From assembly GCA_048013815.1 (NCBI GenBank), contig CM106585.1, forward strand, positions 16,120,001 through 16,184,000: a stretch of DNA of 64,000 bases. Direction: 5' to 3'. The DNA comes from Setoptus koraiensis (taxonomy: Eukaryota; Animalia; Arthropoda). Positions 1 through 11,538 of this stretch are shown in pieces. Position 1 is the first letter of the stretch. Each line of letters opens with the position of its first letter. The notes beneath the pieces were generated by a model that saw only the letters and a list, made by a program, of their open reading frames with translations, had not been told where the DNA came from and made no database searches. The position numbers and the translations under genes are program-made.

Positions 1-844
1 CAGGTTCTTCAAAAAAATCCAACCTTCTAACGTATCTTAAATAAGTGGCAAATTCTTCTGGATAACCTTCACAAAGTACGTCAATTGATGTAGTTCGTTT
101 TGTGTCACCGATTTTCTGATATCTTTCTTTTAATGTCTCGGCCTTTAAACCTTGCCAAGGGAGACTACCCCGTAAAAAATACATAAACATATGACCAATG
201 GCCTCTAGATCATCACGACGGCTTTGTTCAATTCCCATATGCGTATTGACACTCATATATCGAGCTGTGCCAGTCAAGCTTTTGTGCTCTCTGTAGGGTA
301 TGTGTTTGCTAGTTTCTGAGTCTATAAATTCCTTAGCAAGACCGAAATCAATAATATGTAATGTATTTTGTTTTTTTGAATTGGGCTTGCCTAATAGAAA
401 ATTTTCCGGTTTAATATCTCTATAAATGAGATGCTTCTTATGTAGATATTCTATTCGTGCCAATATCTGCAGCGCAATTTGGATTACTGTCTTTATGGAA
501 AATTGTCTGTCACATAAATCAAACATATCTTCTAGGCTTGGTCCCAATAATTCCAAAACTAATGCATTATATTTGTTACAAGGTCCAAAATAATGTATTT
601 TAGGTACACCTTCGGTATTTCCTAAAAGTTTATAAAATCTATACTCTAAATGTAGTTGTGGTGCCTTAGTTTTCATGGCCTCCAATTTGATTGCAACGTG
701 TTCCCCCGTGTACATATTCTTGCCTAGTCTGATCTCTCCAAAATTGCCAGCACCAATTTTTTTGCCAACCTTAAAGTTCGGTCCCACCATCATCACATTG
801 GCGGTGCTTGAACCAGAGGATGATGACCTCGGTTGTGAGTTCAT
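1..844 (-). CDS. CSNK1G: Casein kinase I gamma (gilgamesh-like), 3'-partial; 281 codons in the window, no intron in that stretch
   Basis: Manual translation of the minus strand from ATG at 844 (in-frame TAG upstream at 854-856): [55 protein letters not shown]...[11 protein letters not shown]...[13 protein letters not shown]...IIDFGLAKE...[16 protein letters not shown]...[39 protein letters not shown] and QLHLEYRFY are CK1-gamma-type. Missing from the ORF track because it has no stop in the window. Confidence 0.95.
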   Translation of the reverse strand, partial: MNSQPRSSSSGSSTANVMMVGPNFKVGKKIGAGNFGEIRLGKNMYTGEHVAIKLEAMKTKAPQLHLEYRFYKLLGNTEGVPKIHYFGPCNKYNALVLELLGPSLEDMFDLCDRQFSIKTVIQIALQILARIEYLHKKHLIYRDIKPENFLLGKPNSKKQNTLHIIDFGLAKEFIDSETSKHIPYREHKSLTGTARYMSVNTHMGIEQSRRDDLEAIGHMFMYFLRGSLPWQGLKAETLKERYQKIGDTKRTTSIDVLCEGYPEEFATYLRYVRRLDFFEEP

Positions 845-1061
845 TTTTGATTCCTACTATCACTAGGGCCCAAATACTAATAAATGTGTGGGGTTTATCT
901 AATAATGGCGATACTATTGTTGCTGTTGTTGTTGTGGTCGTCTATTTACGGCTAATAGTTATGAATGCCTTGGTGTAGGTAAAGTACAATTAATAATTAG
1001 TATAATAAAAGATGGTATAAATGAGACTATACAAATAAGAACGTTGATGATTAATAGTAAT

Positions 1062-1345
1062 AATAATAAGAATGATGATAACCAATAATAATGATGATAA
1101 TAATAATTTAGCAGCGATGGCAATAATAAAATTAGTGGTGCTGTCGGCTAATAGGAATATAATAATGATGATAATAATAATAATAATAATAATAAAAATG
1201 ATACAAATACACACTCACACAGTCGCAGGCAGACACACAAACACAGAATACAGATTCTGTATACTGAGGAATGGCGCTGATGGTGGTGCTGGTGGTAGTA
1301 GTAGTAGAGGTGGTGGTGGTGGTGGTGGTGGTGTAGTTGTTGTGG
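1062..1345. repeat. Trinucleotide low-complexity tract (AAT/GAT and GGT/AGT runs) upstream of CK1 gamma
   Basis: Runs such as ataataataataataataat and ggtggtggtggtggtggtgg are visible directly. They generate the spurious poly-I, poly-G, poly-H and poly-P ORFs in the track. Confidence 0.85.
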
Positions 1346-1859
1346 TGGCGCTAGCTGAAGTAGGGATGTGGTTGAAGATGATGACAAAGAGTGATGGCAA
1401 AGTTAGGATGAAAACATCAAGAGGTGACTAATTTAGATAATGCTCTCTATATTCCCTTCAAATATCAATCACTGATTATACTCTCCCTGTCTCTCCCTCT
1501 CTGTCTACACTGATTGTTTGTCTCTGCATGCCTGGGTGTTATCTCTATCTTCTTTTTATGTCTGTATTTCTCTCTTCAGTTATACAGTGGTCATGAACAT
1601 ATTATCCATCATGCTATAGTTTTGTGGGATGAATTAAATTCGACCATAGAATGCTTAGACGTCTTCATGGACGTCGGTCAAATTTTGATATATGCCCATC
1701 TTGATATGCACATATTAATGCAGACTCACATAACATTCAATTGTCTAGGGAACAGTTTTTCTGCCAAAATAATTGTGTAAATAAGTTCGCATCAACCTAT
1801 TCGTTAAGCTCAATCGGTATTGCTATATTTAACGAAAAATCTGCCTTGGCCGAACACCG

Positions 1860-1974
<115 letters not shown>

Positions 1975-4900
1975 CATTGTGCCCGTTTGCCTGTGTGTGT
2001 GTTTATGTGTGTGCGTTTGTGTGTGCGCTTGTGCGTCTGTACTCTATGTGCTCAATACTAATGACTTGCGAATTCAAAGTTGACTAGCGCATCAGCAGCC
2101 GCAGTCGTCCGTCCGTCTGTTCTCCACCAACACACACACACACACACACGCACACACACACACACTAGCGCATACCGAGCGATCCTTTTTCAAATGTTGC
2201 TCTGACTAGTTCGAAGGAAAATCCGCGAGAGCCCACTGCTCGCTATCAGAGTGCCGCAAAGTAGTGCGCCTGTACAGCGAATGGCATTGACAGTGGAGGA
2301 CAACTGCAAATCGCATGATCAGCTGCAATTTGCAATGGCTGCAGCTAGCGTGAGTGCGCTGTTCAAACATTGGTTCGGGCAGCGGATGAAGCACAAAAGT
2401 GAAACATTCATGACAAAAAAAGAGTTGAAACATTTAACGAGACACGCTGGGCTTCGTTGTGGATTTTAAAGCGACACCGGCGCTCCTTGCGGATTTTTTC
2501 AGAAATGGCTCGCAGAGCATAAAATACTGATCGATACACAAATTCGTGTCGTGTGTGTAGCGAGTGCCTGTTTGTGTGCAATTTTGTATGGAACACAATG
2601 ATGATTGTTCGTGTGTGTGCCAACTAGAGGTGCCCATAATGGGCTGGTTTGTGTGAGTGCGCGGATATCCGAAGAAAAGTCCGATCCGCGACGGACTCGG
2701 ATAAATCCAGACCAGATGAGACCAGAACAGCGGGACCCCGGACGGTTTATCTAGCAAGTATAGTGCGCCTGCATTTGTCAGCCGCAATCGTAGACGAAAT
2801 TACGGAAAAGTCAGGTGAATTCCGTGTGACGTTTGTGAATTTGTGGCACCGCTATACAGTACGACTGTATATAGCTGGATGAAGCTTGTGGTGTGCTCAA
2901 AATAGGCCAAAATCCAAGCTTCCATAACAACCGAGCATGGTTTCTGATTTCGTTCTAGGGAAATTCGCCGTGCTGCATGCTGGTGCCTGGTCGACTGGTA
3001 GTGTCAGTTTGTGAGTGGTCTCGATACAGTGCGTGCAAGCACCACCGGTTCCTTGCTGCATAGTGCACGGCATGGTGTATCCACGTCGCGTTCGCGGGAG
3101 CCGCATTTGTCCAAGCCGCGAGGAGTGGGTTTTTTCTCGGAACGGACCGACGTTGGTGCGCGCATCTCCGGTGCTGGCGAACAGCGGTGCGCCGTTTGTG
3201 CCCGGCACGCGGGATCGACGGGCAGACGGAATAGAATCAGCGGCGATAGCGCGCATTTACCGCGGCCAACCAGCGGGTCAACTTTGCAGATATTTCGCCT
3301 GTCTAACTGTGTGACAGCAATCGCAACGGTGGCACTTACTTTGCAATTTCTTTTGTTGGCTCAAACAGTGCACGCGCTGTCGCGTCACGTGCTGGCCCCA
3401 CCGTTTGCACCAACCTGGAAAATATTCATGGCACTCGGGATAGATGATCAACGATAGCGCAACTTCGTTGCCAATCAGCCAAATCGTGCCTCTCGGTCGC
3501 CCAAATCCGCTACAGTGCACACAGCCAACTTTGCTGGTGTACAAGCTCTGTAATAATGCGGAGAACCTTGCGAATAGACAACCATAATAGGCAAGTTTAC
3601 CTCACAGATATTCATCGCCACCCATGTGCACATCTGTGCCGCAGATGATGTCCGGCGGCGGAAGCCAAAGGGCGCTCTGTGTGCGCGCTGAGCGCAATTG
3701 AACAAGTGAGCGAACAGAACGGGGACGGGGGGGGGGAAAGAGCAATTCGCCCATAGAAAGCACACGCCCCAATCCGTTTGCACCCCTCCATGGAGGCGCC
3801 CCCGCCCCCGCAAACGATTCGAGATGATAACTGTGCCAAATATTATTGTTATTATTCAAATGTGCGCCGTGAGGCCTTTGTGGCGCCAGATGAGTGTCGA
3901 TATGGGGCGGTCCTCCTCCTCATTGTTGTTGTTACTCATCTTCTTCAGCCCTTTAGTTTAGGCGGAGAATGCATTTGTGATGGTTGCAATATTTCTAGTT
4001 CCAACAGAGCGAGGGAGCGCTGTTTTTTCATGGACCCTCAAAACAGCTGATCTTGTCCCCCTGAGACGGAGTTATGTGTCGGTCTGGGGGCGGAATAGCG
4101 GTGCGACGCCACAGAGCCTCGGGTTGCGGTTTGGGGAGGGTCAATAGGGAGGGTTAATAAATCTAGAAACGCGCATAATGCAGTATATGCAGAGAGATGT
4201 ATCGCAAACAATTTTTTTTATCATTATTTCTAACAAGCTATAGATAAATTGACCAAACTGAACTTATATGAGCTCGCTCAAACTCAGACAACCAGCGAAT
4301 CCCACTTGGATTAGCTAGGTTCAATTAAGTGCTTTAATCCTACGCTTGTCACAAAAGTACCCCCCTCATCAAGCCCACCTTCAGCCATGACACCACCCTC
4401 AATGACATGCTTGTATACAAAGTCATGTGTGAATTAGGGAGAGAGACATAGCCTATGTCACATAGGGGTGGGGGGCATTTACAACATGCATGTACAAATA
4501 CCAAGGTAGTAGATAGAGAGAAACAATTGCAAAACAGATTGTTACGATTGTACACGTGTGACGAATTCTGAGATATATGGAAAACTGGATTACAGCAAAA
4601 ATCATAATAAATGCCCATTATAGTTAGGCTCACAGGCTCGAAAGTTGCATTTCGTGAATTATTCAACATTCAGCTAGAAACGAGATCATTGTCAAGAGGG
4701 GTTACAAATGCTATGCCAACTTATTACTCGGATAATTGCTGCTTCTTTTGCGCCTACTAACTTTATAACTGTATTCCATCAACGTAAAACGAGCATTACA
4801 ACGAGCCGCCCGACCTTTATCTTCTCCCTTATCTCTATCGCTCATCTTTCTCTCTTCTCATGCGTCGCTATCTCTTCCGTGCTACGAACTCATATGTATG

Positions 4901-5640
4901 AGGCCTATATTAAATGAGTCTGCCTTCAACTTGGGTCATCACTACTAGGCCCAAATGATTAGCATGTGTCTGGAGTTGCTTTGGACGCGAGCGTTAGACT
5001 AACCAGCTTATCAGCATCCACACACACACGCACTCACATACTGATGGTAATTGAGGATATGAGTAAGATACCAGTTGAAAATTATTTTATAATCTACTTA
5101 GTAATTATTTCAAAGTAATAGTGTCAACTGCTTAATTGAATCTAAATTATTTATTGATTTAGTATGTGTGCCATCAGCAATCTACACCGGAAAGAGTGTA
5201 GCTTTAGTAACATACAATTAACCAGTACAAGCAGGCACCACAGATAACCAACACATAATTGCATCCACATTACAGCGGTTATACTACTTAACTATTCGAG
5301 ACTTTGTCGAGCCGTTGAGGTAAATCAGCTTATATTGAGAGCTTTGACGTTTGTAGCTAGAATAATCTAGTAAAGTCTACAATGTAAACAATCATTTTCT
5401 ATACTTTGGCTTTTTTATTTGTTCAACTCAAGCTCCATCGTTATGTTTGTTTATAGGTTTAGGCATTACGTAGTGTAGTAACAATAAACGTGATAGAAGA
5501 TTATGTACATACTAATAATATCTTGTAATGATGTAGTCGATACGGGTGTGTTCGATATTTTCATCAAATGTGTCAGGCAACAAAAGAACTGTGTTTGCAC
5601 GCACAAAAAAGTCATAAAAATCATTTAAATTCGTGCCAGC

Positions 5641-6496
5641 TCATGTTTTCATCTGTATCTTTTCAGGCTTTCCAAAAGTGTAAATGTCTTTATTGACGGG
5701 CTCGTGCTCGCATAGGAGAAGAATAATGTCGCCTAGCAGCAAAATAGACGAGCCCCATGCCTAAATTTATGACAAGAAACATAATGATAGAAGTGTTGTG
5801 TTGGTAATGTGTTGTCAACTAATGAGAAATAGTGGCAAGTGGAGATGTATCTGCAAAATAAACAAACACTTACGAGACCATAAGCAAAGTCGAGCTTCCA
5901 TATCATTCTGTTTGAACCTTCAATTTCATCCATAAATTGAGTTGGATACAAGATGATCGTGATAAAGTTGCATGCTAGTGCTAGTATCATTGTATACATA
6001 GCCATCCTATACAAAGTACATCTCTTTTTCGGGGAGAGGCATAATGCCAATCCAGTAAGACCTGTGGCCGTCAAAGTAGATAATATAGTTATCAGGCACA
6101 AAAACGTTGATATCTTGATGTATCCTAACAGAATAAAATCGATGTAAAAACAAGGAGAATTATCAGCTATAGATTATGAATTGTATAAATAACAATTTCA
6201 TTTGTGATATTTTGCTGGGTGGAAAGAAATATATTTAACGATTGGCTGTCTCGGTCAGTGTAATACATACCGACATCTCGATTGGGATAGCAACCAGGCG
6301 CCAGAGATCCTAATGCAAATGGCCTGGGCCTAATAGGGTATCCTGGTTCTATACATAAATATAATAATCCTTGTCTGAATTGTTCTGCAGTGACCCAGTA
6401 TGAAGATGTAAGGCATACAATCATACATATGAGAACAATTAATGAACATAAGAATACTATCAATGAAATATGTTTGGAATTTATTGTGATGGCCAT
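5641..6496 (-). CDS. TMEM47: TMEM47/VAB-9-like tetraspan junction protein (claudin/PMP22 superfamily), 198 aa, 3 exons: complement(join(5641..5760,5874..6124,6271..6496))
   Basis: Spliced translation MAITINSKHISLIVFLCSLIVLICMIVCLTSSYWVTAEQFRQGLLYLCIE...PGCYPNRDVG|YIKISTFLCLI...LYPTQF...IWKLDFAYGL|AWGSSILLLGDIILLLCEHE. Four hydrophobic segments and a W..(R)QGL..C..C extracellular loop as in arthropod TMEM47. GT-AG introns of 146 and 113 nt keep the frame; total 597 nt. Confidence 0.88.
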
Positions 6497-9400
6497 AATG
6501 TTCTTTTTCTTTGGTTTATAATGTGTGATCTTTATCTTGACTATCTGATCAAATGACGATGGGACCTTTCTGGTGATACAAACATGCAGGTATTCATTAT
6601 CGTTACTAAGATATTGCACATCAGATTAACAATAGAATCACGTATAATTAGAAGTATTACATAGTATCTGTTGATAATAAACAAGACGTATTTTGTGGTA
6701 GAGATGGAAAGAGCCTTCTTGAACGATGATTGGAATAGTGTTCCATGGTGCAATATCGTAAATAACTAAACATTATCGACATGAGATGTCGATTTGGAGC
6801 GCTTTTCAATTGTATTACCACTTGTTACATGAATCATATGTTTGTTATTGCGTCGGATTGCGCGTGCTTTGCCATTGCACACAATACAAGTGTAATACAA
6901 CAGCTCCAGTTTGTATCTTGCTATGAAAATTCTTCGGGCTTCTTTGTGCTGAAAAACTGATTGGAACATTACACATTACAAACTGCAACATTGACAAAGA
7001 TCGTGGTTCCATAATCGTCCTACCCCGAGAGACATTGAATGGGTTCTAATTTATATATCAAAGCGCGATACAACAAGAAAATAAGCAATAGTCGACTTTG
7101 CCTCGTCTATTATTACAAGCGTCTGCATCATGTAATCAGAGCCGTTTCTCTCCAACAAGAACGTTTCATATTACCGGCAACATATGAAATACATCTGTTT
7201 CAAAATGATATCTAGACTAAAACAAATAGATCGATAAGATATTTCTTGTTCACCGACACTCAAAAACAAAATAAATTATTTTGGAATTGCGCGCCTCTAT
7301 TTCTTCTAATATTCACTTGTTACACCTGTTGCTTGAATTGCAAAGTGCAACGAGACAGAAGATCCAATGTGCAACACGCTGCTCCGTGTCATCACCATCA
7401 CTTGCAATCAGCTCACCTGGCCCAGGACATCAACCGTTACCAAATTCTTCTAATGAACGTCACTTCTTATTACATGAATGCCTCTTTCGTAGGACTTGTA
7501 GGTTTGCATACACAACAAATACAAAACTTCATGTTAACAACATGTTGTAAGTTTCCTCGCGAGTTTGATACCACCTGACATCATCATCAACGCTAAAAAA
7601 CGCGGCCAGTCGGCGCCATCTGACGAAACTTTCTAAAATTATTCATGTCAGATAGAGGTCATAATGGTTTGCATTTACGACGCAATAACTGACCAACAAC
7701 CGCTTTTGATACTTTGATTGGTGTTGAAAGTATCAAAAATAGAAGTACGAAGCGCCGCCATATGACTTAAAGATCGGTGAGAATCTCCCCCCTGAGGCGC
7801 GGAGAGTTCATCGATCACGAAATTATGCGTAATTATTAATGGTGGATGTAGTTTTATTAGTTTGTCTCTTTGCTATTTTTTAGTGCAACAACACTTGCTT
7901 AGCCTGATATTCACAAGCTAGCTAAGAACAACTGTGGTCAACTGTGGTCCATAGTTGGTTAAATTTTGAAGGATATTTAAAATCGGACTTTCGAAAGAAT
8001 CGGCCTAATTTTGGCGCGATTTTTCTCTTATACCATTTTCGCCCCCCTCCCCCATTCTTCGCTCACAAGGTAACCTATAGGAACTTAACTCTCGGATTTT
8101 TTTTTCTAATGGGTAGATCTCTGTAGATCTAAACGATCTGAATCGAACCAGAACAATCGTATGCCCGAAAAATTCTTCGTTTCTAGGGTATCATTATTAC
8201 CGGGACAAGCTTCATATCTATTGGGATTTTCTTCCTCTTCAGTGGCAAATGTTAGCGAAACTGCGGAGAGGAATGTCTACCAAATGTGTTCTGAGGAAAG
8301 AAACCAAGTTAACTGTTTGCCTATTCACAGTTGTCAGATGCGAGATGAATAGAGAGTTGTCGCTAGAAGTATAAGATCCATTGGTGAATCTGTATTTGCG
8401 TGAATAAAAAATTGACGCTATGAGAACGTTTCAAATTTGCGACCCCCATATCCTGCATGTGGATAGCTGTCTAAATACATGTTATTTTCACTGTGCTTGC
8501 AGATGCTGTCAAATGCTATCCATATCATATGTATTCACTTGCGGACTAACTCATTCATAGCAAACTTACGCAATGCGTCTATGACTGTATTCACACACAA
8601 ATCATGTCACTTGTAATGCAGACATCACACAATATAGCACAATAAATAAAAAAAAAAACATGAAACTGGCCGAATATTTTCCTCACAAACCTTGATGCTA
8701 TCCTAGCATAGGGTGCCCGCTTATAGATCGGCATTTGATAGGGCGCACTGTGCTGCTTGCACACGATCGTAATTCGACTGAATTTCAGCACAATAATACC
8801 AATTGGGCAGCTAAAGTCTCATTACAGAGGCACAATTATTGTTTGTGAGCTAGGCACAGATATTATCTGCAGCAGCCTCTATAATGTATCGTCGACTATA
8901 GAAAGATAAAGCTCTCGGGAGGGTAGCATAGCGTAAGCGGTTCAAATGCCGAACTATTAGCAGCCAGCCTCCATTAGTACACTAGAGAACAGAACTACCA
9001 TGTTTAGTATTGCTATATGTTAGAGAATTGCCTACCGTAGCGCCACGTTGCGTGGAAAAATTCACAACTAAAGTGGAGAGATGCTCGATGTAGGCTCTCT
9101 CACAGTGTGCACTGCTACAGCAATAGTAGTGTTGTTGTGCGAAAAAAACAAATACTCGTCGTGATATCATCACCGACAGTTTCACTTACCTATCTAATTA
9201 TATAAATATCATCATCGCATACCACATAGAGATATATTTATATATATATATAAATATATATATATACATGTATTTTTGAGCATTTATACCAACGTACACT
9301 GATAGTGGCATCTACTAGGCAGTACGATGGTTACTTAGGAACTGTTCTATGGTAAAGTTCGGCGTCACATCATAGCATACAGTGAATGTATACGCTCAAT

Positions 9401-9756
9401 AATAAATTGCTATTACTGTAATCATTACTATTATGTAAAGACAGTTATGATGATATTTGGATCCTTTCATTGTGTGTGTTCATTCATTTCACTACTACAA
9501 CTACTACTACTGTACATCAACTAGAAACAACACATATCTGCATACTACTACCATAAATAATATATCTACATGAGTGCATTGATGAAACTTATCAACATTT
9601 TCAATCATTGCAACTGGCTAAGGCTAACCGATTATTCAGCCAGTTTACAAATAGCAGATATGAAGATTTTCCAACGATAACATTATCGTTGCTGATGAAA
9701 CTCAAACAAGCAAGAGCTACAGATGATATTAAGTGAATTAAAACATAATCACAGTT

Positions 9757-11538
9757 ATGGACAGTAATTTACATTCAGACCATCATCACAATACGGGCCT
9801 TGACACAAAAGACGATGATACCGGCACAATATCCACTATGTTCATCACGGCCAACGTTGGCTCAATTTTTGAAGACGTAAGAATTTTCAACATAATATCT
9901 TTATCTTTTCTACATATGCACATATCTATAAAAATATGATCTCCCTTCCATACTAATTGACCTCTTTATTTGTACTTTATTATTACAACACTATCTGCGC
10001 CTACTCATGACATACATCGTCTTACACAGTCGACAATACTGGAATCATGGGTGAAAAAATTGAAACAAGTTGTCTCAAATACAAAACCGCAATTTTTTGC
10101 CTTACATTGCCAGGAGATCGGCGGAAAAAACTATGAGAAATCCATGGAACATGTATCAGTCTTTATAAGCAAATTATTAAATGATAGTGATCTAGCCATA
10201 TACGACAAAATAATGGTCTTCCTGGATGAAGACTTCAAATGTCTCGAAAAATTCACTGCATTGGGCAGCTTGTATTTTATACATGGATCTCTAAATAATG
10301 TAAAATTATGGAACTTCCAAACAAATCAATTTGAAATTGTTCAAGGTAGACAAGTATTTTCTGGAAACATAGAGGATGTTGATCTTATAGAGAAAGTTAA
10401 ATTTCCACAATCGTTCTTTCCAGAATGTAGGTGGTCGAGAAAAGGATATATGAGAACTAGATGGTTGATAAGCAAACAACAAATGGACTTGGTCAATATT
10501 CATCTATTTCATGATGCATCTAATCTTACAGCAATGGAAACAAATCCATCTCCATACGCCCAAAACCGTCAACGTGCCTTAGATTATACACTCAAAAGGA
10601 TCTCGAAGCCAATCAAAAATTGTAAATTGACTGACATAGATAATGTTAACCCCGAATCTATCAATACAGAAAATATAAAAGATAATAAGTCTAATGCGAA
10701 GAGAACGGACACAGACAATAAAACACTGCCACCATCCGGCCATCAAGAGCATGGAAATTCAGGCACTGAAGCCAAAACTCCTCTATTCATTTTTGGAGAT
10801 TTCAATTTCAGGCTAGATACGAGCCAAGTCATTAAAAGAATCACCAACGGTACTACTCCCTCCATAAAGATGAGCGAAAAAAGTAACGAAGTAGAGGAAA
10901 TGATATACACAAAAGTCAATACGAATGATATTATTATGACTGTTGGTAAAAAGACATTCGATTGCGATAATTTAGATGAAACTTTTCATGGACCAAAAAA
11001 CACACCTTGGCTTTTAGAACTCGACAATGAGTTGGATATGTTTCAAGAACAGTTGCATGAATTTAATATCTCTTTTAGTCCTAGTTATCCTTTCAGAGAA
11101 GATTATCTCGGGGGCTACTCTTATATGAAAACGAGATGTCCCGCTTGGTGCGATAGGATATTATTCAACGAACTTGGGAAGAGTCTAGTCTGTAGTTTAA
11201 CTGATTATGATGTAAGTTGAACTATAATTATCTTAGCACGCATGAGTTGTTAGAGTGAACAAACAATTAATCATTTCCATGTTTGTATATATAGATTGCC
11301 GAAAAAAACACAAGAAACATAGAGGAAAACACGTCTTCCAGGAAGAATATATTATATACACTTTTGGGAAATAGTGTGCCAATGGGCGATCACAAGGTAT
11401 GCATGATAGAGCAACATGAAAATACTATTCTTCACGAAGACAATTGTTTTTGATTATTTTTCTTATTTATCTTATAATCTCGCCTTACAGCCAGTTTTGT
11501 TGCATTGTAGATTAATGGTGGGCTTATTGGTGGATTAA
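9757..11538 (+). CDS. INPP5A: Type I inositol 1,4,5-trisphosphate 5-phosphatase, 4 exons: join(9757..9876,10030..11211,11295..11396,11491..11538)
   Basis: Motifs FITANVGSIFED, ALHCQEIGGK, EKFTALGSLYFIH, WSRKGYMRTRW, LVNIHLFHDASN, FIFGDFNFRLD, PSYPFRED, RCPAWCDRIL and GDHK|PV (formed across the last intron). Introns are GT-AG, 153/83/94 nt, all phase 0. Confidence 0.93.

Noticed and set aside
4682-4692. GAGATCATTGT, resembling the 5' part of the bantam miRNA
   Set aside because: The match ends after 11 nt, the 3' half differs, and I saw no complementary arm for a precursor hairpin.
8915-8955. GGTTCAAATGCC, a tRNA B-box-like motif
   Set aside because: Spacing is off by one base and no cloverleaf stems or A-box can be built around it.
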